Shown in pieces: positions 1-10,600 of a DNA stretch of 64,000 nt. The notes beneath the pieces were generated by a model, which saw only the letters and a list, made by a program, of their open reading frames with translations, was not told where the DNA came from and did not search any database. The translations under genes were made by a program, and so were the position numbers. The stretch is from assembly GCF_964355755.1 (NCBI RefSeq), contig NC_092676.1:17254871-17318870 (forward strand), in the 5' to 3' direction. Position 1 is the first letter of the stretch; every line of letters begins with the position of its first letter. This DNA comes from Antedon mediterranea (lineage: Eukaryota > Animalia > Echinodermata).

Positions 1-102
1 ACTTTTGGACTTTTTTCAGTAAGACTGAATTACCATAATTCCTGTATAAACAGTCCAGTAAATTTCCCTGGAAAAGTTATGGCCATCACAGAGTAAGTTT
101 AA

Positions 103-405
103 AGATGTGTTGTCCTCAAAAACATAAAAAAAATTAAGATTAATTAAATCAGATTCTGAAGTGTAAATCACTTCCGGAGAAAAAAAACCGGAAAAAATAA
201 TGTTTTCACTTATAAAATAACATGATAAATGGTTAAATTTAATCAAAAATCCATTGGCTGGCAGCCAATTTGACCATTTTTTGCTTTAAATTCCATTTTT
301 TTCAGGTCAATAAATTTGTTTTCGATCCAATTTTTGGTCAAAGTCAATAACTATTATGCGACACTAAAATGGCATATTCAACAACAAAAAATTTAAAAAA
401 ATCCA
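103..405. mobile_element. Kolobok-like non-autonomous DNA transposon, truncated copy
   Basis: Begins TTAA|AGATGTGTTGTCC. The body is the reverse complement of ~44720-45020 (e.g. aaaaatccattggctggcagccaatttgacc). Confidence 0.6.
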
Positions 406-1374
406 GCAGTAAAAGAAAAATCTTGGTTTTCACTTGAACACCGCACCTAACATGCGCAAAGCAAGTGAGTTGACCAAATCACAAGCAAGGTTTTTAGCCC
501 AAAAAATTCAGTGCTAACGCTATCACTTGGTGAAACTTCACAAACCGATAAATTTGTTTTGCTTTGCACATCTGAGACGGCTCACCGGGACCCAGATAAC
601 CCTCACGAGCCAAGAATGTCCATGTGCGGACATCAGTAAGATTTCTCTTTCTGAGGTTTTGATTTATACTAAAATAATCCCAGTGCGATTGCAATTGCAA
701 GTTTATTCATATTCAACTGAAGATTTTAGATGGACCTTTTGGATGCGTCGCCTATCCAACAACAAGTCAGCTATTGCCATGTGAAGACCGATTTGTTTCC
801 TAAAGGTAGAATTGTTACACTGATCTAGAAGTCAGCTTGGCATACTATAAAATGTGATGTACTATACTAAATACTCTACTATTATACCACCATTACATGT
901 GCAGGTAAGTTTACAATAAATATTCAATAATTTGAAAATTCCAATAATTATTTTTACCCTTTATCTTTATCATAATATTGTTTTTTGACATACAGTACCC
1001 TGTCCTATCAGTCGTTCTGCTACAGTAGAACCAAACCCAGGATACATCTAATGTACTCAATGAAGTGTTCCTTTATTCTTATAGGGGTTGACCATGGTGT
1101 TAAAACAAGTACTTCCCCCTTGTTCATGTCCTGGATCGGAGAGGATTCTATTGTATTTAACTCACTGTAATTCACATGAACGAAATATTGTAGTCATTTT
1201 TTACTATGTTTTTGTAAGTATGCAATTTTTTAGACAAAGGTTGTACTGTATATCAAACTTTATCCACTAATCTATTATATTATTCATCTACTGTCAACAA
1301 TTCCTTGCAAAGAAACCTTTCGATTTCAACCACACTAGCAGGCGGGTTGCAAGAATATACTAAGATCCCAACTG

Positions 1375-1602
1375 TTATATTTGCTTGTTCTTTGCAGAGC
1401 TTGTTTTTAATCTTGTCAAAATGGGCGTAGTGCTTTTATCAATAACTACATTGCAGATCAAAACCCAGCATGTGATTCCGATGGAACCAGATTGTCCAGT
1501 AGGAAAGGCAAGAACACGAGCCAAAGGAAAGAGCCAGTTCTCGTTCAAGGTAACAATTGGTATTGTACGGTAACACCAAACTAACACCAGAAATCCAAAT
1601 GC
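1375..1602 (-). CDS. GET1: GET1 coding exon 4 (TM2/TM3 and C-tail)
   Basis: 3' part of ORF 1375..1650. Acceptor tttcttgcag|GCA; encodes AFGFLVLVWCYRTIPIVTLNENWLFPLARVLAFPTGQSGSIGITCWVLICNVV...; TAA at 1377-1375. Confidence 0.95.
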   Translation of the reverse strand, partial: AFGFLVLVWCYRTIPIVTLNENWLFPLARVLAFPTGQSGSIGITCWVLICNVVIDKSTTPILTRLKTSSAKNKQI

Positions 1603-2023
1603 CTGCAAGAAAAGGAGGAAATACAATTTACTTAAAATAGTTGTTTTCATAAAATAATACCAAAGTTACAGTATACCTACCTTGGTAGTATATATTTTAC
1701 ACACACAGGTAAATTCTTTTCATTTGATTGGTGGACAATTGTGGGTCACATAACATAAAGTAAATGGCACTCTATGTACAACGTATGTTCATTTTTGTTA
1801 CACGGGGAGCAACCACACACAAGACAGGTGGTCTGATGATGATTGATCATGTTCCGTCAACTTGTAGTGTGCTTTGTCTACAATTTTTCTACTCCGCGTC
1901 ATAAATTGGAGAGCGTTGCCCATTCGAATGGGTTAAAAATAATAATGAATGTTTCATTTCATTAGGTAAATATATATATAATTTTTTATTTAGAAATGTA
2001 CAACAAATCTTAACTTTACTTAC

Positions 2024-2091
2024 ATATAAACATTTACCAGCAATATTTAAAATCCAGCGCACTTTAAAGGAATCAAAGCGATGAGTATTTC
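2024..2091 (-). CDS. GET1: GET1 coding exon 3
   Basis: Acceptor ccttgcag|GA, encodes (R)NTHRFDSFKVRWILNIAGKCLY, donor TAT|gtaagt; 68 nt restores phase 0. Confidence 0.9.
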
Positions 2092-2895
2092 CTGCAAGGA
2101 TTAATTAAAATATTACAAAACAACAAATAAAAAGACATTCTAGTAGTAGTTCAGATTGAAAGCTGCACATGTTCAGAATTCTCAACTACAACAACTATTC
2201 TTGTTATTAATTAAAGTAGTTTTTAAACATTTTTAATAGTTTTTTCAAACATGACGTGACAGTGTTGTTGACACATTAAAATAAAAGACCAACACGCTAT
2301 GATCGGGGAAACCTGGAAGCAGGGCTTTCCAAAGTGTTTGGTCATTGATTTGTAAAAATAATATTTTTCCTGGGGTGTCCCATTATTTTAGACCAAATAC
2401 TAATTTTGTGTAGTTAGTATCTACAGTATTTCCATAGTACTGTATTTATAGCCATTTTCGTACGTCTGTAATTGGAATGAATTTTTTAGTAATTTGGATG
2501 TTCTTCAGTACTTCAGAATTCTGCATTTTGTGTTCTAATTAATCATTTAATTAATTCAAAATTGACTTTAATTTCAATTCAATTTTAATTTGACAAATAA
2601 GCCATAATGTAAAATATACAGAGATGTATTGGTCAGGGACTGCTAAAGATAGATTACTATTTAACTTAAAGAGTCAGTAGTCTTGTAATCTTGTTGATTC
2701 AGAATTTTATACACAATATAAATAAATAATAAATTTAAATAATAAATTTAAATATAATACAATATATTATTATATGTATACAAAAAATAAACAAATATAC
2801 AAAATGTATGAAATTAAAAAAAAAAAAACAATTGAATATTACTTGAACCAAGGAAGAGTTAAATTACAATTTAACTCTTCCCTGCTTGAACTTAC

Positions 2896-3061
2896 TAGCA
2901 TCTTTTAATTCAGCAACAATTTTATTTATTTTTCGCTCTAATCTAGCATACTTTGGAAACTCATCTTTGACGTTTACTTCATCTTTCTCGGATTGAAGTT
3001 GTAAAAGACTGGCCTGTAAATTTAACTCCTTTCTACTGACTTGAAAAATAATGTTTAAAAC
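2896..3061 (-). CDS. GET1: GET1 coding exon 2 (cytosolic coiled coil)
   Basis: Acceptor ttttttag|GTT, encodes ...EVNVKDEFPKYARLERKINKIVAELKDA, donor A|gtaagt; 166 nt. Confidence 0.95.
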
Positions 3062-3418
3062 CTAAAAAAAATATAATCCATTGTATTTGAAGGAAAAAAA
3101 TAAATTATAAAAATATTTTTAAACTCAACCCTCATCAACTATTGTTGTGGAGGGCCCAATCTGTCTACAGTATTAGCGTCGTTAGTAGCCTACTAGAGGG
3201 CTGGCCTGCGCAATCCCCTCTTTTTTTATATACCTATCAATAAGCCTAGCCTAGCTACAGTAGGCCTAGGCTAGGCTAAGTATAAGTTTATTTAAGTAGG
3301 CTAGGCCTATAGGTTAGCCTAGGCCTAGGATAGGCCTAGCTAGCCAGCCAGCCTCCTTTCAGTTTCACCTTTCTTTCTTTTTTTATTTGTCATTTGACAT
3401 TCACCGTTTTCAACCGAC

Positions 3419-3508
3419 CTTATTTACAAAAAACGGTATACACATCTTGAACAGGTGTAGCATAAATATTATACTCCCTACTATAACAGCATTTCCACTC
3501 AAAGCCAT
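3419..3508 (-). CDS. GET1: GET1 coding exon 1 (TM1)
   Basis: ATG at 3508-3506, 30 mostly hydrophobic codons, donor AAG|gtcggt. An in-frame TGA follows, so this donor is forced. Confidence 0.85.
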
Positions 3509-4113
3509 AATTAAATGAAGAAGTTTATCAGGCTAGCTAGGTAGGCCCAAGCGTGAGTGTCTGAGTGTGTCCGGTGTGCTTTGTTTGTTTGGTTACGGTA
3601 CACTGCACTCTCTCTACTATACACTTGACCATGACTCAAGTAGGTGGAAGCCAGAACAGGACATTACATTAATTTTATTTGTAATGTATTAACAACCTAA
3701 TGATATATTTAAAAAAATAAAATTATTACATTTTATTAAATTCAACTTTATTTTTATATTCTACATTAAATGAGATTGTAATGTTTTTAAATAACCTTGT
3801 GTTTATAAAATCTAAGTAAGGTCATAGGTTAGGTAAAGAAGATTCGGCGCACGTTTTTGTTTATTAAGTTGCATCTGGTCGTGTTTTCTAACTACAGTCT
3901 TTTAGTATAGTGTGTAGCAAATGTTTAATGATAATTGCAAAGGTGTTTCAAAGTTTTTCTAGGTATTTAAATATAACGTATCCGATTCCATCTCTGCTGC
4001 AGAGAGAAATAGGCAGATTCCCACATTTGGTGGTAAAATTCTCACCCGGTCCCAGGTCCGCTTTTTTCTTTGTTACAACAAAAGCCTGTGACATTTCTGC
4101 ACAGAAAGTAAGG
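3509..4113. promoter_or_regulatory. Putative bidirectional promoter and 5' UTRs between GET1 and APEX1
   Basis: Only 605 bp separate two divergent ATGs. A TGACTCA (AP-1-like) word lies at 3632-3638. An acceptor-like tttctgcacag ends at 4104 just before the APEX1 ATG, so a non-coding first exon is possible. TSS positions cannot be determined from sequence. Confidence 0.7.
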
Positions 4114-4134
4114 ATGCCACCTAAAAAACGCAAG
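4114..4134 (+). CDS. APEX1: APEX1 coding exon 1 (MPPKKRK, NLS-like)
   Basis: ATG CCA CCT AAA AAA CGC AAG|gtaaga. Basic N-terminus typical of APE1; phase 0. Confidence 0.85.
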
Positions 4135-5221
4135 GTAAGAAAGAGGAGGTTGCCACATATACCGGATAGAATAGAAGTTTTCAGAGAATGTTATATTTAT
4201 AGGCCCAACCAGTTTTGCTTAATTGATTAATTTAATGAAAAAAACTGCCTTTTTTTATGTTGAGCTTATGAAAGCATGTCAAACTATAGAGGGCGCTATA
4301 ACAAGTTGAACAATATATCAAACCATAGAGGGCGCTTTAAAAATAATAGTAAACATAGGTTGTCAGACGTGCCAATCCAGTAGCATCTCATTATCTCGCT
4401 TATTTTTTTAAACAACGCATGAATTGATTATAAAATAACAGTTAACACCTTACCTTGCAGACCAATTAGTATAAATATTAATATATGTTTTCTATTCTCA
4501 AATTGCATTGTTAATGTTAACGGGACAGCATGTGAGATGACTCAAAATAATATATTTAGAGACTCTGCCATTATCAAGAGAGTTGTATATTGCCAACTTT
4601 TTCAGTGGCCAATGCATGAGTCATTATTAAATTAAAATTGTAGATAGTGCCCTCTATGTTATAATAACTCAAAATAATCGCGGAATAGTATGTTTAATTT
4701 TTCGCCGAATTGAGTTTGGCTTTCCTGTACTACCTCAACCATAAAATACAAATAAACATAGTCCTAGGCTATGCTCAAATTAATTAAAGTGTAGTCCTAA
4801 GCTATTTTTTCTTCAAAATAGGCAAGTTAATTTCAAAATAATGTTTTTCTGAATATTTTTTATGGATGCGTGAGAAATAACTACATATGCGTGAGGCATA
4901 ACAAATTGGCCCTGTGTGAGAGTTGGCAGGTGTAGAGTTGAGAGGTTTATTGTTGACACGGCCAACAGAACTGTCCATTTGCTTTTTATTCAATGTTTTA
5001 TTGGAACTGGCAACCGTGCACTGCGCCAGACTGTGCTCCTTGATTCTGTCTTTTCTAAAGACACACAAGAGAGATGCTTATTTATTCTCATTTAATATTT
5101 TTTTATATCAATGTTATTGTTAATTTTTTAATGCATTTTTTAAATTTTATTATATATGTATATATTTTCATATAACTATTACCCATTCAAAATTAAATCA
5201 GTTTTTCCTTCTTCTTTTCAG

Positions 5222-5266
5222 GCTGATGACGAGGGTGAAAAAAGTGATGATTCAAAACAGAAAAAG
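5222..5266 (+). CDS. APEX1: APEX1 coding exon 2 (ADDEGEKSDDSKQKK), GC donor
   Basis: Strong acceptor ttccttcttcttttcag|GCT; purine-rich; phase-0 donor AAG|gcaagt. Confidence 0.75.
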
Positions 5267-5406
5267 GCAAGTAGGCCTTATATTATAATAAATTATCATA
5301 TTTTTTTATGAACCCCAGTGGCAGATTTATCAAAACGAGATGAGTCTCAACAAAGAATCAGGAAGTCTAAAAAAAATAATAATTTCAAACTGTTCTTTGT
5401 TTTTAG

Positions 5407-5451
5407 GTTGAAGATCCAGAGAATGGTTCAAATGATTTTAAACAAACCAAG
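5407..5451 (+). CDS. APEX1: APEX1 coding exon 3 (VEDPENGSNDFKQTK), GC donor
   Basis: Acceptor ttctttgtttttag|GTT; phase-0 donor AAG|gctagt. May be alternatively spliced. Confidence 0.65.
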
Positions 5452-5647
5452 GCTAGTAAATTATGTTTTTACATCACAGCAATTCCAATGAGCATACAGT
5501 AGTCAGTAAAATAAGATCATGAGATTTTATTTTTTTTAAACTTCTAAAATGTCCAAAATAAAATATAGCATACAAACAATCAAGACAAAAATTAATAAAA
5601 AAACTCTTTAGTATTGATTAAATGATTTGAGTAAATTTAATTTTTAG

Positions 5648-5730
5648 ACTGAGGGAACAGAATCGAATCCAATACCAGAAGATGCCAACACCTTGGAGCC
5701 AAGTACAGAAAAAAAATCAGAGAGTGGAGA
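5648..5730 (+). CDS. APEX1: APEX1 coding exon 4 (TEGTESNPIPEDANTLEPSTEKKSESG)
   Basis: Acceptor tttttag|ACT; donor GA|gtaagt; phase 2 matches the next exon. Confidence 0.85.
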
Positions 5731-5839
5731 GTAAGTAATATCAGATTTATTATGAAAAACATTTTACATTAATTCTGGTCAAAAGGATACATTTAAAAAA
5801 TGTGACCTCGTATATTCTGGGATTTTGAAAAAGAATATA

Positions 5840-6170
5840 CATAATAATATTTATTAAGCATGCATATTCACCAAAAGTGCTCAAGGCGGTTGTGAAAAAT
5901 TAAAGAAAAACTAAAAATTCCTAATTTACCTAAAAAAATAGACAAAACCCACATAACTGCATTCGGTGACAGTCCAAAGGCAAGGATCTATAAAAATTAA
6001 CTCACCCCAGAAACGTACAGGTCTAGGTCAACAAGTTCAAGGTGATAGCCAGATCCAAACCTTGAGAAGGCATGTACCACATGAGCAACTCACGAAAGTA
6101 TGCTGGACCCTCACCTTGATCATTGATCAGAATTTTGAATAATAATCTTATGGCAGGCTGACATTAGCTG
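5840..6170 (-). mobile_element. Decayed L2/CR1-clade LINE 3' fragment
   Basis: Minus strand gives a GPAYFRELLMWYMPS-like remnant (cf. L2 APxYLxxLLxxYxPxRxLRS) and an L2-like tail ...tgagcac...gaatatgc...aataaat. Confidence 0.5.
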
Positions 6171-6396
6171 AGAGCCAGTGTTATTGGTTGTGTTTGCCTC
6201 TATAGTATCCAAGCAACATTTCACACCACATTTTCCCTTTTGAGTTTTATATATTAATGGATGATGATGTACTGTATCCCCAACGAATCATTTACGGTAG
6301 ATCATTGATGGCTTACTCTACCTATGTTTCAGCAGTTGAAACATTTTTTTAAAATGCAAGACTCCATTATGATTCTATTCTTTTCTGTATTTTTAG

Positions 6397-6454
6397 AACA
6401 TGGAACTTAAAAATCTCCTCATGGAATGTGAATGGTTTAAGAGCATGGGTCAAG
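6397..6454 (+). CDS. APEX1: APEX1 coding exon 5 (TWNLKISSWNVNGLRAWVK)
   Basis: Conserved SWNVxGLRA motif; ttttag|A ... AAG|gtattg. Confidence 0.97.
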
Positions 6455-6714
6455 GTATTGTTTCTATACTTGTTTTGCTTTTTGATTGAAGTTGGTCTAC
6501 ATGCTGTTTGAACGCATTGAACTGTACAATCTCTCAAAACTAAGTTAGCAAGAAGAAGAATCTTGAATTCACAAACAAAAACAATTTAATTCTAAATGCT
6601 TGTTGATGTCAAGTGTTTTGGGTTTGATGTTTAATTTTAACACTATCCAGTCCCAGTTGGACAACTTTATATTCACCGAAAAATCAGAATATTAGTTCAG
6701 CTATAGTTTATTTA

Positions 6715-7005
6715 TTATCTATTTAAACTGGGTGACCTCTACAGTCAAAGACTGGTCTCTCAGAGGGCCCAGTTATGATCAGTGGCTGTGAGTGTACTTG
6801 TACACTGGTGTAACCCCACTACTCATCTCGAAAGATGTATTTAGGTTTAAAGTGCACATGAGCTATATGTGCACACTGAACCTACGGTATAATGTCCCTA
6901 TCCGAGAAGACTCGTTCTTGCATGGAGCAAGTGATCTCAAACTCTTGCCGATGTTATGGCTGCATAATTTTGATTCCACGGTCTTAAACACTCGCTCACT
7001 CACTC
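6715..7005 (-). mobile_element. tRNA-headed Deu/Nin-domain SINE (older copy)
   Basis: Reverse-complement homolog of 14268-14585 over its whole length. Confidence 0.85.
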
Positions 7006-7268
7006 GTACTTATAGACTGTAGACATTCAAATAAAAATTCCTGGCTTCAGTCAGACCATCTCTCCATTGAATAATATTATCTATTTATTCAGTTCTTCTA
7101 CCATCGCCTTCCTTTTACACATATCTCTCTCTGTTGTTACCATCACCAACCTTTTCCAATGATAATGCTTCCTCAATTTTGGTCTTTTTACTACTTCCAG
7201 CATACTGTTCTACAAACAATAGAAATTCTATAGCTAGAGTTACCCTTTAAAACTGTTTACATATTCTA

Positions 7269-7415
7269 AGCTCTGTCTACACTATCAGACTAGTTTGTCA
7301 AAAAAGTTTGATATGCCCAAATATGGTAGTGATATGCCCAAATAAGTTAGTGATATGAAATCATAAATGCACATCGCATTTTTTGTCACATAAAGTTTGA
7401 TAGTGTAGACTGGGT
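7269..7415. mobile_element. Small MITE, PIF/Harbinger-like
   Basis: TIRs agctctgtctacactatca / tgatagtgtagactgggtt; internal duplication of gatatgcccaaata. Confidence 0.65.
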
Positions 7416-7453
7416 TTAACAAAAAAAAAGTTCTGTTCTTTTTTTTTTCACAG

Positions 7454-7652
7454 AAAGATGGTTTTAATTTTTTAAAACTGGATGACCCAGATATTCTTTG
7501 CTTTCAAGAGACCAAGTGCAATGAAAAATCACTTCCAAAAGAGTGTCATATTGATGGTTATCATAGTTACTGGCATGAAGCTGAGCAGGCTGGGTATGCT
7601 GGCACTGGTATTATGTCAAAGGTCAAACCATTGAATGTAACATATGGAATAG
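7454..7652 (+). CDS. APEX1: APEX1 coding exon 6 (…DPDILCFQETKC…GYAGTGIMSKVKPLNVTYGI)
   Basis: QETK metal-binding motif; ttcacag|AAA ... ATAG|gtaaac. Confidence 0.97.
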
Positions 7653-7692
7653 GTAAACTTAAAGAATAATCTGTTTTGATTTTAATCGGATT

Positions 7693-10600
7693 CCCTTTGC
7701 AAAAAAGCCGTATACGTTCCGTATACGCTGAAAACGTGTACGACGTATACGGATCGTATACGATTTCACTGTTTACATTATTTCCACTCTGTTGCTCCAC
7801 AAAGAGTTGGCGTCGTATATGTTTAGCATACGTAACGTATACGTTGTTTATTCATGATAAGAATATCGTATACGGGACGTATACGAATCATATACGAACA
7901 AACTAGGCCATTTTATAAATTATAATAGCAGTAATGAGTAGAATAGAGCTAAATAAAACATTTAAATTGTCATTACAACAAATACGTACGTAGGCTCTGG
8001 CCTAGAGGGCTAGGCCTAGCTAGCTCCAGCCATTAGATAGGCCTAGTCTATAGTAGTATTAATTATTAGTAAGTAGCCTAGTAGGAGGAGCTAGTACATA
8101 AGATCATATTTATTTCTATATTTATTAGATAGCCTAGGCTACCGATAAAATTCAAACAACGTTTTTCGCAAGTAAATAAAGTACGCTAAACAGGTATATA
8201 CTACTAGGTAGGCCTAGAAAAAACAAGGGGCCATTTTCACAAATCGACGATGTTGTTTGCAGTTTTCCTTTATAAAATATGACAGAGGTCAGTAAGTGCA
8301 GCCGCCGACGACGACCGAGCGTCGCTCGGTTGCCTACAGTTCCAACTCGTGGTCGACTCGGCTCCCTGGTGGCCAATCATGCATATCATCGGGTGAATCA
8401 TCGGGTTCGTCGTTCTCAATTCGTCACGCCACGTGCGAGCTTTGGGTGGTCAAATTACATCGTTATGTTAAGTGCTATTATTCCGCGACGTGTGTTGTAG
8501 CAATGGACATGGAGTAACAATAATTCGGCAAATAATGCCGAAGAGGAAAACCATGACCCAAAACAGAAGTGGGGTCATTGTATAATATAATAATAATTAT
8601 TATTTAACGATGAATACATTCGGATTTTGAATATGAAGTCGATCACTTCCGCCGAGGAAAAAAAAAAACACAATTAGTGGTGATAGTAAATACAATTATA
8701 TCGAATCTCAATTTATTCCCGGTAGCGAACAGATTGAATTGCTTTCATTTATCTCAGCGGTATTTCTGCTTGGTGATTAAGAAATCATAAAACATATCTT
8801 TCTTTATTTTCATGGTATTCCAATATGTTTAAAAAATAACTACCCTCAACTTTAAATAACAAATTAAATAAGTCTACTAAACATTGTTGATTTCCCATGG
8901 ACCCAACAATACCCCAACTATTTCATTAATAATTGTTTATTTGTAACAGTTTATTTGAAATCCTTGTCCTTTGTTAATTCAATTGTGTGACAATTAAATT
9001 AGATTGTACATGCTTATGCTGTTAATTATGTAAAAAGATGATTCATGGTATATATCAGATTCTTAAAAAAGATCAACACTTTGAATTCTCAAAATGTGTT
9101 CTATATCTTTATTTGGAGTTAGACTTGTACTACATTCATTAAAATGATAAACAAATAGCCGGCAGGCGTGTGTACAGAGGGGGCACAAAAAAACTATTAC
9201 CTACTAATATTGTACACAGTTTTATTACATCCTTTTTTAAAGTAACACTAACAGTGCATATTCAATATTATAGTAAAACGTCAATACGTAGTTACGAGGC
9301 GGTATCAACTAGGCTCATAGTTGTTTACCACTCCACGCCAATGATATGAATAAAGCCTATCCTATTAAATAGTATCGCGCCCGCGCATATACAAAAAAAA
9401 GTTACAAAGGTTCACATATTTATATTAACGATTTTTTTTTTTGATTTACGAATTAAATAATAAAAATAATTAAATACCGCTCGGCTTATCAATGATGGAG
9501 GCATAAACATGGGGGCGTAGGGTACCATTTTACCAGGGAGATGTAAAATAATTATTTAACAAACATTTAACTGGTTGGTTTTACTGCGTTCGCGTACAAT
9601 TTATCATTTCGATTTTTTAAGTTATATGTAGGTTATGTTAAATTGTATTTATCAGTGAAAACTCTAGGAAATTTACAGCAATTAGTTCTGTATGCCTAAA
9701 ATAGTAAAATGCTCTAAATAAAAACGTCGGAGCTTCTTTTTTGTATTTCTGGCTGTTGAATGTTTTGTTGGCACCGCCTAACTCTGCAACGATGATATCC
9801 ATAATACATCGTATTTCCATTTCACCGTTGTTGATATACTACTAGACGTAGGTTATTAAAATAATACAATATAACCAAATCTAATATATGGGGGAAAGCT
9901 AGCTAGCTTATTTTCACAATGAGTGTACCACAGACTCTTTTCCTTGGCGTATTTTCCCCAGGCCTAGTTACTCTTAGTTTACTAGAGCTGCTGCAGTAGC
10001 TATATACTGCATATTCGATATATACTGTACAATTACAATATGCCTATAGCCTAGCTAGCTAGAAGTCATCGAATTTACTATCTACCTGGGCCTACTGTAA
10101 CTAGGCCTACATCCCATTATTTTTTTTTTATGGTGAGTTAAAACCCGTAGCCAAAAAATCAACAATGATGATTGAAAATGAATGAAATCTGATCCATCCA
10201 TGTGATGCATGCATGCAGCGCACATATAACACAGGCACGTTTTGGGTGAATTTATTTGGATCATTCCATATATATAATAGGGAGCCACATGTATTCTACG
10301 TTTTTATTAAATCGTAATTTATGGATTTTACTTACTCGTTTTAAATTTAATATACTGCGGGCCCAATTTAATATTTATTTATTTATTTCCAAGTACATTA
10401 ATATTATTTAAAGCACTTTCAAATTAATAACAGCACATTTTGTGTGATTCACTTATTAATGGAACATACAAAAGGTAAAGAAATAGCAGAGGGGATAAAC
10501 AAGGCAGAACAGCCTGGGTGGGTTTTTATGCTTGCTAGAAAAACAACGTCTAGTAATTTACAGCACCAATTTTTTCATTCGCGAAAACTATGAAGTAAAT

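Larger units (their letters stand above)
1375..3508 (-). other. GET1: GET1/WRB gene model (tail-anchored protein insertase), 4 coding exons, 552 nt CDS, 183 aa
   Basis: Joined exons 3508-3419, 3061-2896, 2091-2024 and 1602-1375 read MALSGNAVIVGSIIFMLHLFKMCIPFFVNK/VLNIIFQ...DEFPKYARLERKINKIVAELKDA/RNTHRFDSFKVRWILNIAGKCLY/AFGFLVLVWCY...WLFPLARVLAFPTGQSGSIGITCWVLICN...KNKQI*. This matches the WRB hallmarks DEFxxYARLERKINK and W-x-x-PL-x-R-x-x-AFPT...GITCW. All introns are GT-AG with phases 0,1,0. Confidence 0.95.

Noticed and set aside
3910-4230. 106-aa ORF as an unspliced gene
   Set aside because: Only MPPKKRK (4114-4134) is supported, followed by a canonical donor. The rest is UTR and intron.
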